A stretch of DNA of 64,000 nt, from positions 144,522,001-144,586,000 of the forward strand of contig NC_042997.1 of the NCBI RefSeq assembly GCF_006345805.1, given 5' to 3'. Positions 22,135-33,699 of this stretch are shown one piece after another. Under the pieces are notes generated by a model. That model saw only the letters and a list, made by a program, of their open reading frames with translations. It made no database searches and was not told the origin of the DNA. The position numbers were made by a program, and so were the translations under genes. Within the stretch, counting starts at the first letter, position 1; each line of letters starts with the position of its first letter. This DNA is from Octopus sinensis. Lineage: Eukaryota.

Positions 22135-22353
22135 CTATGATGGGAGGAGGAAGTGGCGAAGTAATAGTGTGGAGGGAAGAGGTAAATAACAAGGGTGATA
22201 GATCATTAATAAATATTTGTAATATACAATAAGTTCGTGCGGTGAGGTGTGATCTGTTGTTTAGACAAGGGCCAGTCTTTGACCCCTTCCTCCTCCTCCT
22301 CCTTCTCTTTCACCTCCAGTGGGTCCCTGACTGAAACGATTTTATTTACTTAC

Positions 22354-22395
22354 GTTATTGTTTTGTTGCTGACGTAGACTACTACTCATTAACAT
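22354..22395 (-). CDS. Candidate first coding exon of the tamalin/GRASP-like gene (MLMSSSLRQQQNNN)
   Basis: ATG TTA ATG AGT AGT AGT CTA CGT CAG CAA CAA AAC AAT AAC|gtaagt. The phase 0 donor fits the phase 0 acceptor at 10899; there is an in-frame upstream TAA. No homology support. Confidence 0.5.
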
Positions 22396-22539
22396 ATATA
22401 ATTGCAATGAATAACAATAATTCAATTAGAAATATTATATGATGAGGAAAAAACATTATCTTAATGATTAATATTATTGTTTTATTTGGAAATTTCTAAA
22501 ACAAGTCTATTCTGGCCAAGAGCAGTGTAGCAAGAAAGC

Positions 22540-22568
22540 AGTGATCTGCCCTGGGTGACGCTTTTATA
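22540..22568 (-). promoter_or_regulatory. Candidate core promoter (TATAAAAG plus Inr-like TCAC)
   Basis: TATAAAAG on the minus strand at 22568-22561; TCA with A at 22542 (26 nt spacing, slightly short); about 150 nt upstream of the candidate ATG. Confidence 0.35.
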
Positions 22569-22678
22569 GAGGCAGCAATTTTTGGTCTACTGTATAAACC
22601 TGTATACAGGAAATGGGGAATGAGGATTTTAAACCCAAGGATGGTTCCGGGTGGCACATACACTCTAGCGACGTCACT

Positions 22679-22740
22679 GTGTATGAGTGTGAAGTATGGA
22701 CTCTAAAGTTGACGGCCTCTAAGCGATTAAGGGTGTTTGG
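22679..22740 (+). pseudogene. RTE-clade LINE fragment
   Basis: VYECEVWTLKLTASKRLRVF resembles the RTE LYGCETWTL...RLRVFE motif. Confidence 0.6.
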
Positions 22741-23261
22741 GGGTGATATGGCCTGGAGAACAACTGATTTAGTTCTGGGAGACATAGGTGTAGAATGAGA
22801 TTTTGTGACGATGGTCAGAGTAAATAGTAATATTTTGACTATTTTATCAGGGCCCAGAAACTCTGAACCAGCATCATCAGGGGCTGGGTGGTGGGGGCAG
22901 AAGGTGGGCTTATTGGTGGCAACAATGATGATGGATTGATGATCTGAAGAGTTGGCTGGAAGGGACCCTAGAAGAATGTAGAGTTGTAGTAAGAGATTAC
23001 AGTGTGTGGAGAATTGTTACACCTGAGTCCAAACCCTAAGCTTCATCCATACACACATACACATACAACAGGTTTCCCCACAGTTATCATCTCCAATTCA
23101 TTCACAGGCATTGGTCAGTCTGTGGCTATAGTAAAAGACACTTGCCCAAGTTGACATGCAATGGGACTGAACCTGAAACCATGTGGTTACAAAAAGCAAG
23201 CTTCTTAACCACACAGCCATGCCTGTGTCTATACCTGTATAAATCTCCATAACTAAATACC

Positions 23262-23490
23262 TATTTCTTTACTACCCACAAGGGACTAAACACAGAGGGG
23301 GAAAACAAGGACAGACAAACGGATTAAGTCGATTATATCGACCCCAGTGCGTAACTGGTACTTATTTAATCGACCCCAAAAGGATGAAAGGCAAAGTTGA
23401 CCTAGGTGGAATTTGAACTCAGAACGTAGCAGCAGACGAAATACCGCTAAGCATTTCACCCGTGCTAACGATTCTGCCAGCTCACCACCT
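23262..23490 (-). mobile_element. SINE family A
   Basis: TATTTCTTTACTACCCACAAGGG ... CTGCCAGCTCACCACCT; possible TSD TAAATACC. Confidence 0.85.
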
Positions 23491-23667
23491 TAAATACCAC
23501 AAGCAATTTGTTCAATGCTCAAAAGATTCTACCAATCTGAGTTTCTCTTCAAAGGAAGCATCAATAAATTATAAATGAATAAAATTGTTGTTATTGTTGT
23601 TGCTGTTGTTCAACCTATCTCATCAAAAACATTCTGTCTCAGATATTTTTTTTGCTGTTGCATAAGT

Positions 23668-24070
23668 GCAAGGGTGGCTGTGTGCTAAGAAGCTTGTTTC
23701 CCAACCACATGGTTCCAGGTTCAGTCCCACTGCGGAATACCTTGGGCTAGAGTCTTCTACTATAGCATTGTGCTGACCAAAGCCTTGTGAGTGGATTTGG
23801 TAGACGGAAACTGAAAGAAGCTCGTCGTATATATGTGTACATATTTATGTGTGTGTATGTCTTTGTATCTGCGTTTGTCCCCCTTACCTTTGTTTGACAA
23901 CCAATGTCGGTGTGTTTATGTCCCTGTAACTTAGCAGTTCAGCAAAAGAGACTAATAGAAAGTGGTAGGCTTACAAAGAATAAGTGCAGAGGTCGATTTC
24001 TTTGACTAAAACTCTTTAAAGCAGTGCTCCGGCAAGGCCACTGTCAAATGACTGAAACATATAAAAGAAT
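23668..24070 (+). mobile_element. CORE SINE family B
   Basis: Complete bipartite structure ending TCAAATGACTGAAAC. Confidence 0.85.
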
Positions 24071-24370
24071 AGGTGTAAGCATAACCATGTGGACAAGAAG
24101 TTTGCTTTGCAACCATATGGTTTTGGGTTCAATCCCACTGGTGGTTACTTTGGGTCACATGTCTTCTACAGTTGCCCTGAGCTGAGCAATGCCCTGTGAG
24201 TGAATTTGATAGATGGAAACTGTGTGGAAGCCCGTAGACCAGTGGTTTCCCAAAGTGGGTGGTACTGCCTCTGTAAAAGCGGTGGAAAGATCTGGTGGGG
24301 GGATGTTGAAGAATAATGGGGTGATCAAAATGGGGCAATGGATGTAAAAAAAACAAAATAATGGGTTAAA

Positions 24371-24728
24371 TGTTTCAGTTATTTGACTGTGGCCATGCTG
24401 CAGCACCGCCTTTAGTCAAGCAAATCGACCCCAGGACTTATTCTTTGTAAGCCTAATACTTATTCTATCGGTCTCTTTTGCTGAACTGCTAAGTTACAAG
24501 GACGTAAACACACCAGCATTGGTTGTCAAGCAATGTTGGGGGTGACAAACACAGACACACTAACACATGGGCTTCTTTCAGTTTCCGTCTACCAAATCCA
24601 CTCACAAGGCTTTGGTTGGCCTGAGGCTATAGTAGAAGACACTTGCCCAAGGTGCCATGCAGTGGAACTGAACCCGGAACCATGTGGTTGATAAGCAAGC
24701 TACTTACCACACAGCCACTCCTGCACCT
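24371..24728 (-). mobile_element. CORE SINE family B, inverted relative to 23668-24070
   Basis: GTTTCAGTTATTTGACTG ... CACACAGCCACTCCTGCACCT. Confidence 0.85.
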
Positions 24729-25773
24729 ATTTGTATAAATAGTCTTTCATTTCCTTTGGTATTTTTGTCTAGTTGTGTTGGTGGCTGCTTCCTGTGGCAT
24801 AAATACGACCTGCACTCATGACATGTAATGTGCTTTATATTTTTTTTGTAGTTTATTGTGGAGAAGTTAAGCCTAAGTAGGACTAGCAAAGTCCTACAAC
24901 TCTATCTCTCCCAGGTAGAACTAGCAGAATCCATAAAGGATATGGCTTGTTGTTGTTGTTGCTGCTGCTCATACTTAACTCCAGATTATTCCTGATTGAG
25001 TAGACCTAAGATCAAAGACTTTCCAGCCATGTCACACCAATGTGTATTTCCTAATTTCAGATGGTAGAGAAAATCTGGCAGTTATTTCTTATATTTGCTT
25101 GCTCACACATGGTTGAACAAACAAAATAAGTCAATAGATTGAATTTTTGTTGAAAATTATTCAAAGAAATAAACAATAACAAAAAACAAAAACAATCATG
25201 GCTGATATTTGCAGAAAGTTACACAAAATAAGTTATATGCCGCTTTATAGGAAAACTTGGCGGCCTTTGTAGAAAATTTAAGAAAGTTGTTTATGCTTCT
25301 GTAGACAACTTGATATTGGCAGTAAGTTTCAGAAAAGTTGTGTTATAGAAAACTTGGCATTGGTAGAAGGCTTCAGGAAGTTGTGTGTGTGTGTGTGTAT
25401 CAATGTGCTTTTTTCCCCTTCACTAATAAAAAGTTGGCATATGCTGTTTCTCTGTCTAGTCTACAAAGTACTAGACTGTCTTTCCTGTTGATCTCTGGTT
25501 GCCGTCTGGGCTAAAGTGAACTATTTAAAAGACATAGGAACCTGCTATTGAGGTTTCTAACACTTTTATCTTGACAATCAATCCATTTTTGATACATATT
25601 GAATTGTAATCTGTGTTAGACTGTATGCCACACTGTACTTCTGCTTACGAGGTCTGATCAAAAAGCATAAAGTATGCTGAGTGAAGCCACTTGGCACAGA
25701 TTGACCTTGAACTCTGTCATACATGCACACTAAGAACATTCTTGCTCACATCTTGGAAGTAAAGTGTGTAGAG

Positions 25774-26761
25774 CAGTGTTTCTCAACCTTTTTACCCTTG
25801 TGTAACCCTTAAAATAATTACATGTCTCAAGGAGCCCCTGCGCATAAAATTAAATATCAAATCAAATTCGATGACTGGCGTCCGTGCTACTGGAGTGCTA
25901 AGAGTATCATACAAGCGTGATTGTTGCCAGAGCAACAAGCTGGCCTCCATGCCGGTAGCACGTAAAAAACACCATTCAAGCGTGATCATTACCTGCATCG
26001 CCTTACTGGCACTTGTGCTGGCGGCACGTGAAAAAATATTTGAGCAAGGTCGTTGCCAGTGCCACTGGACTGGCTCCTGTGCAGGTGGCACATAAAAAGC
26101 ACCATTTGAGCATGGCTGTTGCCAGTACCGCCTGACTGGTCCTCGTGCAGGTGGCATGTAAAAGCACCTACTACACTCTTGGAGTGGTTGACGTTAGGAA
26201 GGGCATCCAGCTGTAGAAACTCTGCCATATCAGATTGGAGTCTGGTACAGCCATCTGGTTTGCCAGATCTCAATCAAATCGTCCAACCCATGCTAGCATG
26301 GAAAGCAGACGTTAAACGATGATGATGATGATCTTGAACATATTTTTTTTAATCATAGTTCATGTGGTAAATATATGATTGATCACTAAATCCACAATTT
26401 TTTTTTTATTCTCTCTCTGTTTATTTCCGCATATTCCTTTCTGTCGAAAAGCTCGAAACTTTCTTACTTTCCCGAACATCAAACTAATACACCTACTTGT
26501 CGTTCATACACCCATCTTTGTCTTTTGTTTTTCTGTAAATTTCAACTATATATATGGTTGTTATATTTTTTTGATAACATAGTAGGTGAGATAGGAAGAT
26601 GTCTATATTACAATATTACAATAACCAATAACATGTTGTGTATTTATAGTAATATTACAATCATGAAATTAGCATTAGCTTATCTCACTCTTTCTCATGG
26701 TACTCCTAGGAACCTTTTGTGGAACCCTAGGGTTCCGAGAAACCCCGGTTGAGAAATGCGG
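25774..26761. mobile_element. hAT-type MITE nested in the mariner
   Basis: CAGTGTTTCTCAACC / GGTTGAGAAATGCGG; perfect 8-bp TSD GTGTAGAG (25766-25773 / 26762-26769). Confidence 0.85.
25855..26332 (+). mobile_element. Family D retroposon nested in the hAT MITE
   Basis: Ends GTTAGGAAGGGCATCCAGC...CCAACCCATGCTAGCATGGAAAGCAGACGTTAAACGATGATGATG (RTE-type tail). Confidence 0.75.
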
Positions 26762-27371
26762 GTGTAGAGTATGGTCATCTCAAAAAATAAAGATTGGATT
26801 TAAGCCGTGCAGCATCTCGTTGATTGTGTCGAGGAAAATTAAAGCTTTTTGAAAACAGGCATAACTGGTGACAAATCATGTGTCATTGGTTATGACCCCA
26901 AAAACCAAAGCAAAAATCAAATCCCACTTGAAAGGAACAAGATTTCCAGACATTGAGGAAATCCAAGAGAATGCAACAAGGTGGCTGCTCACTATCCCAA
27001 AGAAGAAGCTCCAGCAATGCTTCCATCAATGGAAACAACGCTAAAGTCTGGCTTCAGAAAAGGTCTACTTTGAAGGAAATTAAATGTCGAATTGATATGT
27101 TGCAGTTTTGTTTCTATAGCACCAGTCGCTGCCACCACTAACATCATCATTATCTTTTGATATTCATTTTCCACACTGGTATGGGTTGGATGCCTAATAC
27201 TTTTTGATCAGACCTCATACAGTTTGATACTTGCCTAGCATTCGATTTCAAAATTAAATGGAACATAGGCAGTTATATATTTCATTATAAATATGGTTAC
27301 AAAAGGGTTCAAAACGTATGTGTTAAGTCCTATGACTTAAAAAATCCCCTGGCAAACTATGGTAGTTAGGG

Positions 27372-27692
27372 CATGTGAAGGCACATGGCTCAGTGGTTAG
27401 AGAGTCAGGCTCACAATCATGAGGTAGTGAATTCAATTTCTGGACCGGGCATTGTGTTCTTGAGCAAGACACTTTATTTCTCATTGTTCCAGTTTATTCA
27501 GCTGTAGAAATATGTCATGACACCACTGTTTCCAAGCTGTATCAGCCTTTGCCTTTCTCTTGGATAACATCAGTGGTGGAGAGAGGAGAGGCTGGTATGA
27601 ATGGGAACTGCTGATCTTCTATAAACAACCTTGTCTGGACTTGTGCCTCCCGTGGTCATTCATGACAGAAGAAGGTTTTTACCCTTACCCTT
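27372..27692 (+). mobile_element. tRNA/CORE SINE family G
   Basis: GGCACATGGCTCAGTGGTTAGAG head, TGTGTTCTTGAGCAAGACACTT, tail GGTCATTCATGACAGAAG...TACCCTTACCC; copies at 39205-39515 (+) and 48890-49195 (-). Confidence 0.8.
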
Positions 27693-28359
27693 TTAAAGGG
27701 CATTTATCACAATGGACTTGTGAGATCATCCCGAGGCTTAGTGTTATCAATGACAAAACGTCTAAAACAAAGAAGGTACATTTAAAAGCTAGTCTTCTTG
27801 TGCCGTGATAATGTAAATATTTCAAATGCCATCTGATCTGAGATATTCTAGAAAAGGTTATGTGACAGAAAAACCATAAACATTGTTGCCAGAAGAAAGA
27901 TGCAGCTGGTTGGTTGGCTGGTAGGCTGGCTGGAATTATTTCTTAAGGAGCATCACACTTCATATAGGAAACATTTGAAGTATGCCAGGAGCAGGGGATG
28001 GTGTGGAGAAAGCAAGACAGACAAACAACTTCATATGTGTGTACATATATGAATAAATATATGTATATATATATATATATAGAAAGAGAGAGCTTATGTA
28101 ATGAAGTGACACATACAGACATCATTTGTATGTTGTATGAAGTCACATACTTTCATAAGAACAGAAGGATGATAATAGAGACACAGTTTTGTCCATTAAC
28201 AATGCAAAGTCTTTATGTATATGTATATAAGTGTATATATGTGTGTGTTTACATAGGCATACACACACTCATATGCACATACATTCATAAAGACACACAC
28301 AATACACTTTAAAAATTTAAGGTCAGTATACAACTGGTCACACATATTAACTAGATATG

Positions 28360-28401
28360 AATATATATATATATATACATATCTCTCTCTATATATATAC
28401 A

Positions 28402-28493
<92 letters not shown>

Positions 28494-28617
28494 CGTTAAA
28501 CGATGATGATGATACATAAATATATATCTATATATATACATATATAAGTACATATATATATATATATATATATCGTTAAACGATGATGATGATATATAAA
28601 TATATATCTATATATAT

Positions 28618-28649
<32 letters not shown>

Positions 28650-28694
28650 CATATATAAGTACATATATATATATATATATATATACATATATAA

Positions 28695-28739
<45 letters not shown>

Positions 28740-28750
28740 TATATACATAC
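28360..28750. repeat. Compound (TC)n(TA)n microsatellite with duplicated retroposon tail remnants
   Basis: TATCGTTAAACGATGATGATG at about 28490 and 28571; CATATATAAGTAC repeated. Confidence 0.9.
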
Positions 28751-29094
28751 TAGATATGTATATACATATAGATAAATGTATGAATGGGTGTGTGTGTGTA
28801 CACACCTATATTAACTAGATACAGATAAAATGTCAGTGTAAGCATGTGTCCGTGTATGTGTGAATGTATCTGTGTGGACTCACCTATATTAACTAGCTAC
28901 AAATAAATATGTGCATGTGTGTGTGTGTATGCAAGTATGTGTGGTCTATGTGTGTGCATGTTGCTATGTGTATGTGTATACACAAAGATATGTTTAAAAA
29001 CACACAGACATATAGATACTAGAAATATACAGATGCATCTACACACAAAAGCAAACTTATAGCTATAAATATCCATACACACACACACACACAC

Positions 29095-29724
29095 ATCCAT
29101 ACTGACTTACCTACACACACACACACACTGACTTAACTACACACACTCACACACATCCATACTGACTTACCTACACACATCCATACATACTTACCTACAC
29201 ACACACATCCATACTGACTTACCTACACACACACACACACACACTCACATACATCCATACTGACTTACCTACACACACACACACACACATCTATACTGAC
29301 TTACCTACACACACTCACACACATCCATACTGACTTACCTACACACACTCACTCACACATCCATACTGACTTACCTACACACACACTCACTCATTCACAT
29401 CCATACTGACTTACCTACACACACTCACTCACACATCCATACTGACTTACCTACACACACACTCACTCACACACATCCATACTGACTTACCTACACACAC
29501 ACTCACTCACACACATCCATACTGACTTACCTACACACACACTCACTCACACACATCCATACTGACTTACCTACACACATACACACACACACACACTCAC
29601 ACATCCATACTGACTTACCTACACACATACACACATCCATACTGACTTACCCACACACACACATCCATACTGACTTACCTACACACATACACACTCACAC
29701 ACATCCATACTGACTTACCTACAC
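29095..29724. repeat. Minisatellite: about 17 copies of CATCCATACTGACTTACCTAC separated by variable (CA)n/CACT spacers
   Basis: Counted by eye; the core is nearly invariant. Confidence 0.95.
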
Positions 29725-30208
29725 ACTCATGGTAAACGAAATCAAATTACATGTCGACCAAGTTCTATTACTGACTAAGCTAACTCATTCCGGTTTGTAA
29801 TAAAGTGTACATAAGAAAATCATTAAATATTTTCAGTGAAGCTTAAAAGTGTGAAGAAATCACGATGCTGGGTCATGTCTTTGGGTTCTTATGTGGCTAG
29901 AAAGGAAGTTCAGGGCTGTTATATAAACATGTACCAACAAGCTAATGACAGAATCTCTACATGATTGCTTGATCTGCTAGATATATCAACGACCAACCAA
30001 GGCTCCCTGCAATATTGCAGAAAATTGCCTTAAGGAAAAGTCACATTGGATGATGTATTTCTAGATAAACTGTGAGCAATGGGGTTGATGTAATTGACTA
30101 GCCCCCTCTATTATTATATTATTATTATTGTTATTATTATTATTATTATTATTGTTATTATTGTTATTATCATTATTATTGTTATTATTATTGTTATCAT
30201 TATTATTA

Positions 30209-30245
<37 letters not shown>

Positions 30246-30248
<3 letters not shown>

Positions 30249-30670
30249 GGCAACGAGCTGGTAGAGTCATTATCATGCTGGACGAAATGCTTAGCGGTAT
30301 TTTGCCCATCGCTATGTTCTGAGTTCAAATTCTACTGAGGTCGATTTTGCTTTTCATCCTTTTGGGGGTCACTATAATCGACTAGTCCCCTCCCAAAAAC
30401 TTGAGGCCTTGTGCCTATAATAGAAAGGATTATTATCATTATTGTTATTGTTAAGGCGGTGAGCTGGCAGAATCGCTAGCATGCCGGGCACAATGCTTAG
30501 CAGCATTTCATCTGTCTTTATGTTCTGGGTTCAAATTCTGCTGAGGTCAACTTTGTTTTTTATCCTTTCAGGGTCGATAAATTAAGTACCAATGAAACAC
30601 TGGAATTGAAGTAAACACCTAGTCCCCTCCCACAAAATTTTGGGCCTTGTACCTATAGTAGAAAGGATTA

Positions 30671-30709
<39 letters not shown>

Positions 30710-31090
30710 GGCAGCATGTCAGCAACATTTAGGTCACCTTTAAGTCATGAGTTCAAATTCTGTCAAGGTCAACTTTGCCTTTCATCTTTCCTGGATTGAT
30801 AAATTAAGTACCAATCAAGTACCCAAGTTGATGGAATCAACTAGCTCCCTTCCATCAGATTTTGGGGCTTGTGCCTATAATAGTGAGGATTATTACTACT
30901 ACTACTACTACTACTACTACTATACTACTACTACTACTAAGGCATGTTAGATAAAGTGTTTTGTGGCATTTCTTGAGGCTCTTTGCATTCCAGATACAAA
31001 TTCCACTAACATCAACTTTGACATCGATCCCCTCCAAGATCATAAAATGCAGTACCTATCAAGTACTGGGGTTGATGTAATTAACTAACC
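30246..31090 (+). mobile_element. Head-to-tail array of four family A SINEs separated by (ATT)n/(ACT)n tails
   Basis: Heads at about 30246, 30452, 30708 and 30938; the first three end ...GAAAGGATT or GTGAGGATT plus a microsatellite. Confidence 0.8.
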
Positions 31091-31672
31091 CACTTACTTT
31101 CCATACTGGTTTTGTGCCAAATGTTGAAATGATTCTAAGGCTGCTTAGACAAGCACATATAAAAAGACCAAAAAAAAAAAAAAGAGAAAACAGTTCAGTG
31201 AAGGGTAGAAATAATCATTTTGCTGTAAAGTGAATTAACTGATTCTTGATTGCTTCCAGTAATTAATAATCCAATTGTTCAATCAATAGAATTACTTATT
31301 GAGTTAGCCAGGACTGACCTTAAACTCTTGGGAAATTAGGTGATTGATCTGGTGGCGATAGATAGAAGGGCTGACTGGTTTTATGACCTGTCATATGATT
31401 CGACATTGAACCTTTCAAATTTTGCCAAAGGTATGGCTGTGTGGTTAAAAAGCTTGCTTTGTAACCATGTCGTTACAGCTTCAGTCCCATTATATGGAAC
31501 CTTGTGTGAGTGTTGTCTGCTATAACTCCAGGCTTACCAATACCTTGTGAGTGACTTTGGTTGACAGAAACTTTGAATAACATGTATAGTGTATTTGATA
31601 GATTTCTATATTTTCAATTAACCCCATGTCTTTCACATGGTATGGCTAATTTGAAGATTTTGGTAAAAAAAA

Positions 31673-31715
31673 AAGCCTTGTGAGTGGATTTGGTAGACAG
31701 AAACTGAAAGAAGCC

Positions 31716-31795
<80 letters not shown>

Positions 31796-32005
31796 GTGTG
31801 TGTGTTTGTGTCTGTCCCCCCAACATTGCTTGACAACCGATGCTGGTATGTTTACGTCCCCGTTACTTAGCGGTTCGGCAAAAGAGACTGATAGAATAAG
31901 TACTAGGCTTACAAAGAATAAGACCTGGGGTCGATTTGCTCGACTAAAAAGGCGGTGCTCCAGCATGGCCGCAGACAAATGACTGAAACAAGTAAAAAAG
32001 AGAAA
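31673..32005 (+). mobile_element. CORE SINE family B (5'-truncated) with an expanded (TA)n linker
   Basis: Tail GGCGGTGCTCCAGCATGGCCGCAGACAAATGACTGAAAC. Confidence 0.85.
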
Positions 32006-32172
32006 AAGAGCTTGCTTCTTCCCATCTTTTCCTTGATCGTTTTCTGTATATTCATTCTATTTCAATAGTTTGGTATTTCTCTGTTCATCTCAAACTATCT
32101 GCATCATATATAGCCATACCAGTTCAATCTTTCCTCTTGTATACTATATTATGTTCTTCTTATACACAATGC

Positions 32173-32203
<31 letters not shown>

Positions 32204-32904
32204 TTATTAAACTTTTATGAGAAGACTGACAGAGATGTCAAAGTTCCAGGCTACTGGCCTTCATCAGACTGTCCAATGAAGACTATCTTTTTCTCTTATA
32301 TCATAAGGCCTTGTGTTTTCTATGTGAATAAAACATATAAATATTTGTATATTTTATATAATATTCCAAATAACCTTTCTTCTTGACTGAATTTAAAAAA
32401 ATCTAATAATAAAAATATAAACTATATATATTTGATATATTTATGAAATAAACTCAACTATTTCTCAAGGGAAATTTTCTGAGACAAACACTATATATAC
32501 ATATATATATATATATATATTTAGTAAGACAGACACAATGTTTCTTGGTATAAATTTGATTATTTAGCAAGAAACTGATTTGGCTTCACTTTTATTTGAT
32601 GGGATCAATATATTGATTTCTAGCATTGGTACATAGCCTAAGATTTAGGGTGGCTGGAAGCATTTATCTCTAGTTTAGCATTCCTAATCTTGTGGTCTTG
32701 TGGGTGCCAGTACCACATAAATGCACCCATGCTGGTGCTGTGTAAAAGCACTTAGTGCACTTTGTAAAGTGGTTGGCATCAGAAAGAGTATCAAGCCATA
32801 GAAACCATTCCTTCCCTGAGCATCTGCTAATACTTTGCATGTATCATGTCCTCGCGTTGTTGTTTTTTCTTGTGTTTGTCCTTCATTTTTTTGGATATAT
32901 ATAT

Positions 32905-32950
<46 letters not shown>

Positions 32951-33010
32951 TATATATATACGTATAGATGTAAGTATGTACATATACGTATGTATATATG
33001 CATATGTATA

Positions 33011-33125
33011 TGACCTGCTCGCTTAGCCAGCAGGGTGGCGTCATTTGAAGGCTAAAACAATGTGAAGCGCATTGTGACCAGCGATGTGTAGCAACATCTG
33101 ATAGCCTGGTCGGTCACGTGATCAT

Positions 33126-33130
<5 letters not shown>
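33011..33130. repeat. GC-richer 120-bp element between (TA)n tracts, class unknown
   Basis: TGACCTGCTCGCTTAGCCAGCAGGGTGGCGTC...GGTCACGTGATCATGTGAT; sharp compositional boundaries; single copy in this window. Confidence 0.45.
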
Positions 33131-33169
<39 letters not shown>

Positions 33170-33668
33170 TATATGTGTATATATATGTGTATATATATGT
33201 GTGTGTATGTGTGTATATATATATAGAGAGAGAGAGAGAGACATTATGATTTCTTCTATATAACAGTAAAAAGAATTAGTTTGCCTTGGTACAAAAGGAG
33301 ATGTTATGAGGTCAATTGAACTTTTGCTTACACTTATTTTATTGGCTTTTGAGAAATAAGGCAGCAAATACACACATGCACACAGACACACACCACTGCT
33401 GCTACCGTCACCGCCGCCACCATGATCATCATGAACTTGTCCATGCTTGTATGAGTCAGACAGAATTCATTGAGGCAGACTTTCTATGGCTGGATACCCT
33501 TCCTGTTATGTGTGCATAAATATCTATATGCTTAAAGATACATCAGTGTTCATCTTCTAAACATTTACAGTTTTTGTTTCTTGCTCTCTCTCTATATATA
33601 TATATATAAATTTGCATGTGTATATGTATGTATATTTCATATATCAAACTCAACTGTATTTACTTACA

Positions 33669-33699
<31 letters not shown>

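Larger units (their letters stand above)
25648..27217 (+). mobile_element. Internally deleted Tc1/mariner element hosting nested insertions
   Basis: TA|CGAGGTCTGATCAAAAAG ... CTTTTTGATCAGACCTCA|TA; transposase remnants ITGDKSCVIGYDP and KSHLKGTRFPDIEEIQENATRWLLTIPKKKLQQCFHQWKQR at about 26855-27045. Confidence 0.9.

Noticed and set aside
29095-29724. CRISPR-like repeat-spacer array
   Set aside because: The spacers are CA microsatellite variants rather than unique sequences; eukaryotic context and no cas genes.
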